Positions 25,505 through 35,975 of a DNA stretch of 64,000 bases are shown in pieces. The position numbers were made by a program, and so were the translations under genes. Under the pieces are notes generated by a model that saw only the letters and a list, made by a program, of their open reading frames with translations, did no database searches and was not told where the DNA came from. This stretch comes from Gemmatimonadales bacterium. GTDB taxonomy: Bacteria; Gemmatimonadota; Gemmatimonadetes; Gemmatimonadales; GWC2-71-9. Where the stretch lies: positions 1 through 64,000 of the forward strand of contig JBDIWC010000006.1 in the NCBI GenBank assembly GCA_039794085.1. Direction: 5' to 3'. The number at the start of each line of letters is the position of its first letter. The stretch's first letter is position 1.

Positions 25505-28414
25505 TCATGACCCTCCCGGGGTGAGTAACAAGCTGGTGATCCGGGGCAGCAGCAGCTTGACCACCCGCACCGGCAGCCCACTGGTGAAGCGGAACCGTTC
25601 CGCGGCGGCCCCCTCGACATAGGCCGTGGCGACCCCATAGAACCGGTCCCCGATGTAGAACACGAAGGTCGCGGTCCGATTCCCTTCGTTCTGGCCGGTG
25701 CCGGTCTTCCCTCCGATCACCACCACCGAGCTGTCCGCCGCCCGCACCGAGCCCCGCAGCAGTGACGCGGTGCCCGATTCGACCACGTCGGCCATGGCCA
25801 TCCGGGCCACCCCCGCCACCTCCGGGGGAAGCACTCTCGTTCCGGGAAGGGTGGTGCTTCGCAGCACCACCTCGTAGGGCGTTCCCATCGCAAAGTGCAG
25901 CTCCTGTACCCTGACGACCGGATTCCGGATCCCGTCCGCCACCAGTATCCCGACCAGCTCGGCGAGCGCACCGGGCCGGTCACCCGAGCTCCCGATGGCG
26001 CTTGCGAGCGAGGGGACCATGTCCGGATAGGGATACCCGAGGCGCCGCCAGGCCGCGCGAATCGGCGCGAAGGCGTGCCGTTCCAGAATGATCCGCAGGG
26101 CGCGATCCTGCGCGCGTCGCACCGCAGTCGTGTTCCGAAACAGCCACGCGTAAGCTTCCCGCCTCGCTTGCACTCCCGCGGTCTGAATCTGATCCAGGGT
26201 GGCCTCCGGTGTGTCGCGGAGTTGCGATACCACCCAGAGTTCGAGCGGATCCACCCCGGTCACGAACGCCCGGTCCGCCAGGCCGAGCCCCTCCGGAAGG
26301 GCCCGGCGAATCCGCTGCGCCTCGGCTGTCGAGAGCGTATCGGGGCCGAATCGTCCGGCCATCTCGGCCCCCAGTCCTCCGGCAGAGGTGGCGGGCGCCA
26401 CCGCCAGAACCATGCGGGCCCAGCGCTGGGGAGTGACACGACCACCCAGCATCAGGGTGAAACTGGAATCCCCACCGATGGTCCGGTGCTTCCGGTAGTA
26501 TTGCGCCACCAGAGTCCGGCCTTCCGCCTCGGCAAACTGTTCCAGAAACACCCGGCGCGCGGGATGCCCCGGATCCTCCAGAAGGCCGGTCCCGTACTGT
26601 GGCAGCCGGTGCTCATGGTAGCGCACCAGATCCCGCATCAATCGGATGAAGACCAGGTTTATTGAGTGCCGGAGACCCTCCCGCACGGTCGGCGACTGGT
26701 GGTCAAAGACACGATCAAAATTGCCGAAGACATGGACCCCACCACCGGTGAAGAAGCGCTCCGAGGGATTCGCCGAATACCTCCTTTCCATCGCGGCCTC
26801 CAGGGTCGCGCGGAGGTCCACCCCGGGGTGGGCATCCCGGAACTCGCGGGCCCACCGACTGATCGGATCCTGTGCGGTCCGAGCCCGGGAGGTCGAGTCC
26901 AGGCCGGTTGTGTCGGAGAGTTCCGCATGCAATTCCGCAACGATTTCGAGATAGGTCACCAGGGTGCGGAGTTTTGCGGTGGACCCCAACTCGAGCCGTG
27001 CCCCGGTGTTGAGGTCGAACGGCCGATCGAGGTTGTCCACCTGCACCCGGATCGCGTTGCCGCGAGGTGTACGTTCATAGAGAACGATGCTGTAGGCCAC
27101 CTGGCTCAGATCGGAGCGACCCAGCTGGCGCTCGGTGTCCAGACCCGACGTGCGCACGAAGTCGGGATCGCCCATCTGGCGGATCAGGCCGGTGGCTGCC
27201 CTCTGAGCTGACTCATCGATGGTGATGCGGGCCGTGAGATCAAACCGATCCAATTCATACAGACTGCGGGCTCCGAGGAGGGCCCGAAGGCGGGAGCGGG
27301 TGGCGTTGATCGCCTTGCGTTCCACGAACGAGACTGGGGGCGACGGGGGTGCGGTCGCGCGGACCTCGACCGTCACACCCAGCGCCCGTCGGGTCAGGAG
27401 TTCCGGCACCGTACCGGCGGTGCCGAGCAGCCGGAGGTGAGAGTCGGTAATCGCGGCGAGAGCCCTCCGCCCCTCCGCTGTCTGGAGGTAGTAGGCCGGG
27501 CGGCGCTGGGCAATCAACAACATGACGACCGCGCGATAAGCCTCGGCGGCCTCCCCCGGGACGACGCCGGACATGGCCGCGTGCAGCCGTGCATCGGACG
27601 AATCGGCATCGAGCCCGAACCAGACGTGGAGACCATCCCGGAGTCCGATCACCTCGCCATAGCCTGGGAAAGCTCCCACGGGCAGGGCGTTCAGGTAGTC
27701 GGTGAGGATGACCCGTCGGACCTCGGTGGTCCGCGTTCCTTCCAGGTACGACCGCAGGGTGGCTGACGCCATCTGCCGCGCCTTGTCACCCGGGGTGCGG
27801 GTAATGCCACCCGGGGCATGGCGAAGCTTTTCGAGCTGCGTCGCCAGGGTGCTGGCACCGAAGCGACCACCACCACCCAGCAACTTGCCCCCGGCGAAAC
27901 TTGCCACCGCCGCGACAAACCTGTCCCACTCGATCGCGGGGTTTCGGAAGGGAGACCGGTCATCGAACAGCTCCCGGTTCTCAAGGAAAAGAAGGGTTTC
28001 GCGGACCGGTCCCGGAACTTCGTCGAAAGAGGCATAGACGTGTTCGGGAAAGTGGTTCACCGAGATCAGGGTGCCGTCTCGGCCCATCAGCCGCAGTCCC
28101 GCCTGGGTCTTCTCGCGATACGGAGGGTAGAGTCCCCAGCCGGCGATCTGGTTGAAGCGATCGGATATCCTCGCCTGGGATGCAACCACGAATCCACGGG
28201 ACTCCAGCCGGTCGACAAGCGAGGGGAGGGCCCGGTACCCCAGGCGAATGTCGAAGGGACCGTTCGGGGCACGGGCAGGGTTCGGGCTGGGTCCGGGCTC
28301 GAGGGCGTAGGAGATCCCCTGGACATACCGGGCGAGGAGCCGGGCACAGGCCCAGGCCGCCGCCTCGGAATAGACCACGACGAGCACCACGGACACCGAG
28401 ACGAGTGTCCGCAC
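25505..28414 (-). CDS. Atypical bifunctional transglycosylase / penicillin-binding protein
   Basis: GASTLATQ transglycosylase-like motif; STAK (SxxK), SIN (SxN) and KTG transpeptidase motifs; N-terminal hydrophobic anchor. Confidence 0.82.
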   Translation of the reverse strand: MRTLVSVSVVLVVVYSEAAAWACARLLARYVQGISYALEPGPSPNPARAPNGPFDIRLGYRALPSLVDRLESRGFVVASQARISDRFNQIAGWGLYPPYREKTQAGLRLMGRDGTLISVNHFPEHVYASFDEVPGPVRETLLFLENRELFDDRSPFRNPAIEWDRFVAAVASFAGGKLLGGGGRFGASTLATQLEKLRHAPGGITRTPGDKARQMASATLRSYLEGTRTTEVRRVILTDYLNALPVGAFPGYGEVIGLRDGLHVWFGLDADSSDARLHAAMSGVVPGEAAEAYRAVVMLLIAQRRPAYYLQTAEGRRALAAITDSHLRLLGTAGTVPELLTRRALGVTVEVRATAPPSPPVSFVERKAINATRSRLRALLGARSLYELDRFDLTARITIDESAQRAATGLIRQMGDPDFVRTSGLDTERQLGRSDLSQVAYSIVLYERTPRGNAIRVQVDNLDRPFDLNTGARLELGSTAKLRTLVTYLEIVAELHAELSDTTGLDSTSRARTAQDPISRWAREFRDAHPGVDLRATLEAAMERRYSANPSERFFTGGGVHVFGNFDRVFDHQSPTVREGLRHSINLVFIRLMRDLVRYHEHRLPQYGTGLLEDPGHPARRVFLEQFAEAEGRTLVAQYYRKHRTIGGDSSFTLMLGGRVTPQRWARMVLAVAPATSAGGLGAEMAGRFGPDTLSTAEAQRIRRALPEGLGLADRAFVTGVDPLELWVVSQLRDTPEATLDQIQTAGVQARREAYAWLFRNTTAVRRAQDRALRIILERHAFAPIRAAWRRLGYPYPDMVPSLASAIGSSGDRPGALAELVGILVADGIRNPVVRVQELHFAMGTPYEVVLRSTTLPGTRVLPPEVAGVARMAMADVVESGTASLLRGSVRAADSSVVVIGGKTGTGQNEGNRTATFVFYIGDRFYGVATAYVEGAAAERFRFTSGLPVRVVKLLLPRITSLLLTPGGS

Positions 28415-28808
28415 GACCCACCTCCGCCATCGAGTAAAGCGGGAGGGCGTATTGGTCCCGGGTGGGGTGGTCGGCTCCAGCGCAGCACTCTCCGTGTGAC
28501 AATCCTGAGGAGGAATCTAGTCGGAAGTCAGCCGCCCTCACCGTTCCTGTCGCCAATCTGACGAAGGCCGCTCGCGCTGATTGTGGCCGCGGGGGCGATG
28601 ACTCACGATGGATCCGCGTGACAAGCCCCCTCCCCGCGGGACCACCTCAAGCCAGAGGGATCCCCGGTACGACAGAAGAGCAAACGGTGTCCCAGCGAGG
28701 GACCGCCTCACACCAAGGGGATCCCCCCTGATCGGGTGGGAAAGGTGCGGCGCCGGGTCGCTCCTCCGGGCGCTGGCGGAACGTGCGTGGGTCTCCCGGG
28801 GCCGCACC

Positions 28809-29714
28809 TCAGGGCCGGATGAACGTCCCCTCACGAAGCTCGGAGATTGCCTGCTGGATCTCACTCCGGGTGTTCATCACGATGGGACCATGCCATGCCA
28901 CAGGTTCCTGGAGGGGCCGTCCGGACACCAGCAGAAACCGGACCCCCTCCTCTCCGGCCTCGACCACGATCTCGTCACCCTCACCAAAGACAACCAGCCA
29001 TCGGTTCCCCGCCCTTTCCCTGCGGACCGAGTCGTCATCCCCGGCGATCTGTTCCGTGAGGACGCCGAACGGGTCGGAGGCATCCCGGAAGGTGGCGCTC
29101 CCCTCGAAGATGTAGGCGAAGGCGCGGCGTCTGGTGTCCACCGGGAGCCGGCGGCGGGTCCCGGCAGGTACCCACACGTCCAGGTAACCGGGATCGGCGG
29201 CGATCCCCTCGACCGGCCCCCGCCGACCCCAGAATTCACCGCAGATGACCCGCACCCGGGTGCCATCATCCTCGGTCACCTCGGGAATGTCCCGTGAGGC
29301 CACGTCCTGGTATCGGGGAACCGTCATCTTGAGGGAGGAGGGGAGATTGGCCCAGAGTTGGAATCCGTGCATCCGCCCTGTCGGATCCCCCAGGGGCATT
29401 TCATGGTGAAGGATGCCACGACCGGCGGTCATCCACTGGACATCCCCCCCACCCAGCACACCACTGTTGCCGAGACTGTCGGCATGCTCGACCGCACCGG
29501 CCAGCACGTACGTGATGGTTTCGATGCCGCGATGCGGATGCCAGGGGAAGCCGGCGCGATAGTCGTCGGGCTGTTCGTTCCGGAAATCGTCGAAGAGGAG
29601 AAAGGGATCGGTCTCGGCGGTGTCTCCAAAGCCGAAGGCGCGCCGAAGACGTACTCCCGCCCCCTCGATGGTGGGTCGAGCCTGGGCGAGTCGTTGAACG
29701 GGACGGATGGACAT
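28809..29714 (-). CDS. Pirin family protein
   Basis: DPFLLFDDF, GFPWHPHRGIETITY, WMTAGRGILHHE and QLWANLP. Confidence 0.93.
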   Translation of the reverse strand: MSIRPVQRLAQARPTIEGAGVRLRRAFGFGDTAETDPFLLFDDFRNEQPDDYRAGFPWHPHRGIETITYVLAGAVEHADSLGNSGVLGGGDVQWMTAGRGILHHEMPLGDPTGRMHGFQLWANLPSSLKMTVPRYQDVASRDIPEVTEDDGTRVRVICGEFWGRRGPVEGIAADPGYLDVWVPAGTRRRLPVDTRRRAFAYIFEGSATFRDASDPFGVLTEQIAGDDDSVRRERAGNRWLVVFGEGDEIVVEAGEEGVRFLLVSGRPLQEPVAWHGPIVMNTRSEIQQAISELREGTFIRP

Positions 29715-29828
29715 CGGAACCTCCTCTCCCATCTACATTCACTCCTCCCCGGGAAATTGGCAAGCTGGCGGTGCGGGGCACCCTCCTCCATCTTCCTTCC
29801 ATGCGAACCCCGCCCCCGGATTGATGTG

Positions 29829-31163
29829 ATGACACGTGCCTTCTCTCGTAACCACCGTTCCCGCCTTTTCCTTCTCGGGTTCACCGCTCTGGCCGGGTGC
29901 GGCCCCGACGCGCCCCCGCCCGAAGTGCCCATCGGAGGCCCCTCGCCCTGGCCCTCCATCCGGGAAACAAGAGTGCGTGATCTCCTCCCCTCCGCGATGA
30001 AAGCCGCGGGTGTCGACGCCTGGATCGTCCTCGTGCGCGAGAACGCCAACGATCCTCTGGCACTTCATGTGGGAGGAGAGAACGCGGGTGCCCCCTCCGC
30101 CATTCTCTTTTTCCGGCAGGACAACGAGGTGCGGTCAACCGTGTTGAGCGGATTTGGAGAGGCGGTGGCCCTGCGCGATCTGGGCCTGCACGACTCGGTG
30201 GTGGTTTATGACCGAGGTCCCGATGCTCTGGAGTCGGCGGTGGCGGCACGGGTACGCGGCGCCGACCCCGCGACCATCGCCATCAACAGCGGTGGGACCG
30301 GAATTGCGGACGGCCTCTCGTGGACCCAGCGCACGGCGCTGGAGAGAGCCCTCGGTCCCCGACTCTCGGCGCGCCTCGTCCCCTCGGGGCCCCTCGTCGA
30401 TGCCTGGCTCGCGGTGAAGCTCCCCGCCGAGATCGCCATCCTGCGACGGGCGGCGGCCCTGACGGAGGGTCTCGAGCGCGAGGCCTATGCCACGGTCGTC
30501 CCCGGCACCACCACCGATGCGGACCTGGCGCGTTTTCTCAAGCGACGCATGCGGGAACTCGGCGTGGAGGACGGGTGGTCCCCGGCGCAGAACCCGAACG
30601 TCAACTCGGGGCCCGATCGCGGGCATTCCCATGCCACCGAGCGCGTCATCCAGCCCGGCGACCTCATCCAGACCGACTTCGGCATCCGGGTGCATGGCGT
30701 CTGGGTGACCGACATCCAGCGCTTCGCCTATGTGCTCCGCCCGGGGGAAACGGCCCCACCCGAGGAGGTCCAGCGGCGATGGGAAGCGGCACTGGCCGCG
30801 GGGCGCGCTGCGTTCGACGCGATGGGACCCGGGGTCACCGGGGCCCAGGTGGATTCGGCCCAGCGACTCGTGATGCAGGACACCGGCTCCCTCGCCGTTC
30901 CCTGGGGCACCGGTCACCCGGTCGGGTACTGGGCCCACGATGCGGGGCCGGGACTGAACCGGCGGGAGACCCGTCCCCTTGTGGAGGGGCAGGTGCTGGC
31001 CTTCGACAGTTTCCACGCATGGGCACTCGACGGGAGCACCACTGCGGCGTGGGGTGATGGCACCAAGAGCTTCTCATCCGAGGAGATGGCGGTCATCACG
31101 GCGACCGGTGCCGAGTACCTTGTGGCGCCCCAGCAGGAATTGATTCTGATCAGGAGCCGGTAG
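29829..31163 (+). CDS. M24-family (Xaa-Pro) metallopeptidase lipoprotein
   Basis: Lipobox LAGC; DFG, TDIQR, GHPVG..AHDAG and EE ligands. Confidence 0.85.
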   Translation: MTRAFSRNHRSRLFLLGFTALAGCGPDAPPPEVPIGGPSPWPSIRETRVRDLLPSAMKAAGVDAWIVLVRENANDPLALHVGGENAGAPSAILFFRQDNEVRSTVLSGFGEAVALRDLGLHDSVVVYDRGPDALESAVAARVRGADPATIAINSGGTGIADGLSWTQRTALERALGPRLSARLVPSGPLVDAWLAVKLPAEIAILRRAAALTEGLEREAYATVVPGTTTDADLARFLKRRMRELGVEDGWSPAQNPNVNSGPDRGHSHATERVIQPGDLIQTDFGIRVHGVWVTDIQRFAYVLRPGETAPPEEVQRRWEAALAAGRAAFDAMGPGVTGAQVDSAQRLVMQDTGSLAVPWGTGHPVGYWAHDAGPGLNRRETRPLVEGQVLAFDSFHAWALDGSTTAAWGDGTKSFSSEEMAVITATGAEYLVAPQQELILIRSR

Positions 31164-31187
31164 AGCGGTCGAATAGACAGCCGGGGG

Positions 31188-31751
31188 CTACTCGCCCCAC
31201 GCGGTGCGGAAATACGCCGAGAGATCGATGCGAAGCGGAGGCACCTCTGTTTCTGGCTGCCAGGTGAGTTCCTGATCGGCGATGTCGGGATGGTCGGCCC
31301 CGGGGGTCCAGACCTCCACCAGCCGGGCATCGAGATCCACGATCCAGTACGCCGGAACGCCGGAGCGTTGATAGAGCCGACGCTTGGTGACCCGGTCATG
31401 CCGTGCGGTGGCGGGAGACAACACCTCCGCGACCAGAAGCGGAATACCATACTCGTCCCATTCGCGCGGGGGCCGTCCCTCCACCATGCGACCCACAAAG
31501 AGATCGGGCTGGAGCAGCTGTCCGGCGTGGAAGTCGAGGTCGGCGGGAGAAATGCAGAGGCCCCCGATCCGGTGTGCACAAACATACGGGTCGATCAGGA
31601 GGAGAAGCTCCACCACGCCGCGCTGGTGGAGACCGCGAGGGCTCGGGCTCACGAGAAGCTCACCGTCCACGAGTTCGTAGCGGTTTCCGTCGTCGGGGAG
31701 GGCGAGCACCTCCTCGCGGGTCCAGTGGCGGGCGACGGCAGGCATACCCAT
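31188..31751 (-). CDS. Uma2-family endonuclease (true start may be the second Met, 31745)
   Basis: [13 protein letters not shown]...H, QPD, EVLSP...DRVTKR.LY, YWIVD. Confidence 0.92.
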   Translation of the reverse strand: MGMPAVARHWTREEVLALPDDGNRYELVDGELLVSPSPRGLHQRGVVELLLLIDPYVCAHRIGGLCISPADLDFHAGQLLQPDLFVGRMVEGRPPREWDEYGIPLLVAEVLSPATARHDRVTKRRLYQRSGVPAYWIVDLDARLVEVWTPGADHPDIADQELTWQPETEVPPLRIDLSAYFRTAWGE

Positions 31752-31849
31752 ACGTTACGCTCGGCGACTGAAAGGAGGCAAGGGGGCGGCATGTCCCCGA
31801 ACTTCGCCCTCCCTCGCGGGGACGGATAACCCCAACGACGCGGGCCGGA

Positions 31850-32425
31850 TCAATCGAACGGGGGGTCTCCCCAGATCCGCCGGAACAGCGCGGGCAGGTC
31901 AATCTCCAGCGGCGTGACTACAGGCTCCGGACGCCAGACCAGGATGCCCTCAGCGATGACGGGCCGGCCGGCCCCCGGGGTCCAGACCTCCACCAGCCGG
32001 GCATCGAGATCCACGATCCAGTATGCCGGGATCCCGGAGCGTTGAAAGAGCCGTCTTTTGGTGACACGGTCGTTCCGGGCCGGGGAGGGGGAGAGGACTT
32101 CGACCATCAGAAGGGGAATATGCACATCTGACCAGTCCCGGGGCGGAGTGCCCTCCCTTCGTGGCACCACGAAGACATCGGGCTGCACCAGGTGACCCGC
32201 GTCCAGATCCAGATCGGCGGGGGCAAACAGGACGAGCCCCAGGTGATGGGCAACGACGTGGGAATCGAGATACCGAACGAGCGCCGCCACCGCGATCTGG
32301 TGAAGCGGCCGCGGGCTCGGACTCACAAGGAGCTCGCCGTCCACGAGTTCGTAGCGGTTTCCGTCGTCGGGGAGGGCGAGCACCTCCTCCCGGGTCCAGT
32401 GGCGGGCCACAGCAGGCATACCCAT
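31850..32425 (-). CDS. Uma2-family endonuclease
   Basis: Tandem paralogue with identical N-terminal ~39 aa and the same motifs. Confidence 0.92.
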   Translation of the reverse strand: MGMPAVARHWTREEVLALPDDGNRYELVDGELLVSPSPRPLHQIAVAALVRYLDSHVVAHHLGLVLFAPADLDLDAGHLVQPDVFVVPRREGTPPRDWSDVHIPLLMVEVLSPSPARNDRVTKRRLFQRSGIPAYWIVDLDARLVEVWTPGAGRPVIAEGILVWRPEPVVTPLEIDLPALFRRIWGDPPFD

Positions 32426-32602
32426 AGGTTACGCTCGGCGACTGAGAGGAGGCAAGTCCGAAGGATGCGGGCCGGATCAATCCATCGAGGTCCTGGGACA
32501 GTCCCACCCACCGGGGAGGGTGGCGCGCTCCTCCTGTCTCCCACATTCTTCTGTCCCGGACACCCATGTCCCGCTCACCAACCAGAGAACCCGGCAGCCC
32601 GC

Positions 32603-34687
32603 ATGGTCACATCTCCACCCCACCCCGTCTACAGCGACACCGACGCCGAGGCCATGCTCTCCCGGTGGTCACCCCGATGGGGCGAGGACCTGGCTCTTCG
32701 GGTCTACACTTCACGACTCCTGGGTGGTGACCCTTCCCTGGTGCTCCATGGCGGCGGCAACACGTCCGTCAAGACCGTCGTGCGGGACCTGGCGGGGGAA
32801 CCGGTCGACGTGTTGTACGTCAAGGGCAGCGGGTCGGACCTGTCGGCCATCGGCCCCGAGGGCTTTCCGGCCTGCCGTCTCGGTCCCCTCCTCCGGTACT
32901 GCCAGCTCTCCTCCCTGACCGACGAAGAGATGGTGGCGGGACTGAGGAGCCAGATGCTCGACCCGGGAAGCCCGACCCCCAGTGTCGAGGCCCTGCTGCA
33001 CGCGCTCCTCCCCGGCCGGTTCGTGGACCACACGCACGCGGATGCGGTCCTGGCGGTGCAGGATCAACCGAACGCCCGGGACCTGGCGGAGCAGATCTGG
33101 GGGCCGTCCTTTCTCTTCATCCCCTACGTCATGCCCGGCTTCGTGCTGGCGCGGCGCGTGGCGGACCTCGCCTCATCCTTCGACGGGATCCAGGGGCTGA
33201 TTCTGGAACAGCACGGGATCTTCACGTGGGGTGACACCGCGCGCGAGAGCTACGAACGGATGATCGCGGGAGTCGTGGCCGCGGAGAAATGGCGCACTGC
33301 TTCGCGTCCCCCCACGGTCATGCCGACCACCACCGTTCCTGATCCTGCGGCACGACACGCGACCCAACGGTATCTTGCCCCCCTGGTCCGGGGAGTGCTG
33401 GCCACCCATGCCCAGGGAAGACATTTCATCACGACGTGGCGGGACGACCCCGCGATTCTCGCCCTGGCCAACCGGCCTGACGGTCCCGATCTCACCGCCC
33501 GGGGAACGGTCACTCCGGATCATGTGATCCGCACCAAGCCTCGCCCCCTCTGGCTTCCTCCCCCCGAGGGCGACGCCCCGCCTCCTCGAGCTCTCATCGA
33601 GAGTGCCGTGGCGGAGTATGCCGACTGGTATCGGGAGTACTGTGCCCGCGGCATGTCGCGGGCGGGCCGCCCTCTCACCCCGCTCGATCCCCTTCCGCGA
33701 GTGATTCTGGTGCCCGGGCTCGGCGCCCTGACCGTCGGGCGCACGGTCACCGACGCGCTGGTGGCCGGAGACATCTTCACCCGTGCCGCGGCGGTGATGC
33801 AGGAGGCCGAAGGCGTGGGACGGTATCACCCGGTGAGTGAGACCGACCTCTTCGACGTGGAGTACTGGAGTCTGGAACAGGCCAAACTGGCCCGGGGAGT
33901 GCAGGAGGGGCCGCTGGCAGGACGCATCGCTCTGGTGACCGGTACCGCCGCCGGCATCGGGCGTGCGACCGCGGAACACCTCCTCGTCCTCGGTGCCCAC
34001 GTGCTGCTGACCGACAGGGACCCGACGGCTCTGGGGGACACGGCCGACACCCTTCGGAACCGACACGGCCGCCGGGTGGCCGCCGCCCCATGCGACGTCA
34101 CCGACCGCGGGGCAGTCTCCCGTGCCGTGGAGATCGCCATCGACACGTTCGGCGGAGTGGACATTCTCGTCTCCAATGCGGGGACCGCGCCCTCCGGGTT
34201 GCTCCACACGCCACCGGGGGAGACGGCGCTCGAACACTCGCTGGACATCAATCTCCTGGGCCACCAACGAGTGGCGCATGCCGTGGCCCGTGTGCTGCTC
34301 GCCCAGGGGTGCGGAGGCTGCCTCCTCTTCAACGCGTCGAAGAGTGCCGTCAACCAGGGTCCCGAGTTCGGACCCTACGCGATTCCGAAGGCGGGAGTGC
34401 TGGCCCTCATGCGGCAGTATGCGGTTGATCTGGGCCCCCATCGAATCCGATCCAACGCCGTCAACGCCGATCGGATCCGCACCGGCCTCTTTGGAGACGG
34501 GGTGCTCGAGGCACGGGCCCGGGCTCGGGGCGTGTCCCCCGAGGACTACTTCCAGCAGAATCTCCTCCGCCGCGAGACCACCGCGCGGGATGTGGCCGAG
34601 GCGTTTGGATGGCTTGCCACGGCGGAGGCCACGACGGGGTGTTTTGTGACGGTGGACGGGGGCAACGCGGCGGCCTTTCCGCGGTGA
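32603..34687 (+). CDS. Bifunctional class II aldolase / short-chain dehydrogenase (RhaEW/YuxG-like)
   Basis: LHGGGNTSVK, PSVE..LH, DHTHAD, TPDHVIRTK, EYWSLEQAK; SDR TGxxxGIG and YxxxK. Confidence 0.9.
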   Translation: MVTSPPHPVYSDTDAEAMLSRWSPRWGEDLALRVYTSRLLGGDPSLVLHGGGNTSVKTVVRDLAGEPVDVLYVKGSGSDLSAIGPEGFPACRLGPLLRYCQLSSLTDEEMVAGLRSQMLDPGSPTPSVEALLHALLPGRFVDHTHADAVLAVQDQPNARDLAEQIWGPSFLFIPYVMPGFVLARRVADLASSFDGIQGLILEQHGIFTWGDTARESYERMIAGVVAAEKWRTASRPPTVMPTTTVPDPAARHATQRYLAPLVRGVLATHAQGRHFITTWRDDPAILALANRPDGPDLTARGTVTPDHVIRTKPRPLWLPPPEGDAPPPRALIESAVAEYADWYREYCARGMSRAGRPLTPLDPLPRVILVPGLGALTVGRTVTDALVAGDIFTRAAAVMQEAEGVGRYHPVSETDLFDVEYWSLEQAKLARGVQEGPLAGRIALVTGTAAGIGRATAEHLLVLGAHVLLTDRDPTALGDTADTLRNRHGRRVAAAPCDVTDRGAVSRAVEIAIDTFGGVDILVSNAGTAPSGLLHTPPGETALEHSLDINLLGHQRVAHAVARVLLAQGCGGCLLFNASKSAVNQGPEFGPYAIPKAGVLALMRQYAVDLGPHRIRSNAVNADRIRTGLFGDGVLEARARARGVSPEDYFQQNLLRRETTARDVAEAFGWLATAEATTGCFVTVDGGNAAAFPR

Positions 34688-35441
34688 CCTTGGCGATTCG
34701 TGTCCGGCGCGGCCTCTTTTGCCACCGGAGTCCATAGATCGTGACGCCCGGCACCAGCACCACACGGCGCTGAAAGGGAGCGAACCCCGGGCGTACCAGA
34801 AACACGCCGAGCTCCGGCGCCAGGCCTCGGTCCATGCCTCCAAGGCGAAGGCCCAGAAACGCGCCAACCGCTTGCATCGTGCGGGATTCTCGTGTTGCAC
34901 CCGAGAAGACTCGTTCCAGGCCCAGGGGTCTGTTGCCCGCGCCGCTGAGCAGAGCTCGCACCCCCCCGTAGGGGGTCACGCTCCCCCTCTCCGATCCCGA
35001 CACCGTGACCGTGGCCCCGGCATGGGGCTTCCCCTCGAACGTCACACCCACGGCCCCCTCGACCGCCGCGGCAAGGCCCTGAATCCCCTCTCCCATCACC
35101 TGCCGGCGCACCGAGACGATCAGGGCGGACGGAAGGCGCACGCCGATGTCGGTCCGGGCATCGATCGGCCAGCGCACGGCCACTTCGGGCCACGGGAAGG
35201 GGGCGGAGATGCTGTCCCTCAGGAATGCCGCGGGGGAAAGCCCGGAGATGGTGATGCTGCGTTGGACTGTCCCCTGTGGCACTGGCCGTGCCGTGAGGCC
35301 GGAGGTATAGGGCATGCACCCCGTACCCGCCAGCAGATCGAGGAACCACCAAGCCCATGTCCCTCGACCGGACAGGTGGATTGAGCGCCATCGGCTCCGG
35401 GCTCCCCGCCTCGCTCCCGGCTTCCTGGGAATGGACTCCAT
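34461..35441 (-). CDS. Hypothetical protein, possibly a lipoprotein; both ends uncertain
   Basis: Only plausible ORF over 34700-35400 (GCMPYTSGLTARPVP, DARTDIGVR); runs about 227 bp into the convergent aldolase gene. Confidence 0.5.
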   Translation of the reverse strand: MESIPRKPGARRGARSRWRSIHLSGRGTWAWWFLDLLAGTGCMPYTSGLTARPVPQGTVQRSITISGLSPAAFLRDSISAPFPWPEVAVRWPIDARTDIGVRLPSALIVSVRRQVMGEGIQGLAAAVEGAVGVTFEGKPHAGATVTVSGSERGSVTPYGGVRALLSGAGNRPLGLERVFSGATRESRTMQAVGAFLGLRLGGMDRGLAPELGVFLVRPGFAPFQRRVVLVPGVTIYGLRWQKRPRRTRIAKVTAERPPRCPRPPSQNTPSWPPPWQAIQTPRPHPARWSRGGGDSAGSSPRGTRPEPGPVPRAPRLQRGRCGSDRR

Positions 35442-35552
35442 GCCCCAAGCTGCGGGTCATCCCCTCCCCGGTCGGTGACGCACGTCACGTACCGCGAGGA
35501 GTGCCCCCACCAGTGACTCAGGAAGCTCTGATCTGACGCGGCCACCACAGAT

Positions 35553-35952
35553 CGTCATTCCCGCCACGCGGGAATCCATTTTTGACTCGTCAGGCATTGG
35601 CATGGGTTCATGGCCAGCCGGAGCACCTCTCCCTACCCCAGAGTCAACCACAAGAAGCACAAAAGACACAAAACCTTTCGTGCCCCTTGGTAGGCCTCTC
35701 CGCGCAGAGGGGCCTGCCTCTTGTGACTTCTGTGCCTCTTGTGGCCATTCCTCTCGCGCCGCGTGACCATCCGGAGCCCATGCAGAGTCCCCGGAATCCA
35801 GGGGCGTCCCCTCGCCGTGCGAACAACGCCCGATCGAGGTGTCGTTCACCCCCGCGACACCCTGAAGAGCGCCCTGTTCTCCTTATTCCTCATTCCTCGT
35901 TGGCACGGATCCCGTCTCCCACTTTCGCAGGGACAAGCTTCGCGGGAATGAC
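35553..35952. repeat. REP doublet with nested composite element (copy B)
   Basis: REP arms 35553-35578 and 35907-35952 enclose an inverted homologue of 14590-14892. Confidence 0.7.
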
Positions 35953-35975
35953 AATTGATCAGAGGATTCTCCTTA

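Noticed and set aside
22585..25638. 1017-aa minus-strand ORF (also 114-1295 and 8003-8782)
   Set aside because: Antisense shadow of the kinase genes in high-GC DNA, with no recognisable motifs
28420..28800. Riboswitch or ncRNA upstream of the PBP gene
   Set aside because: No recognisable aptamer consensus by eye
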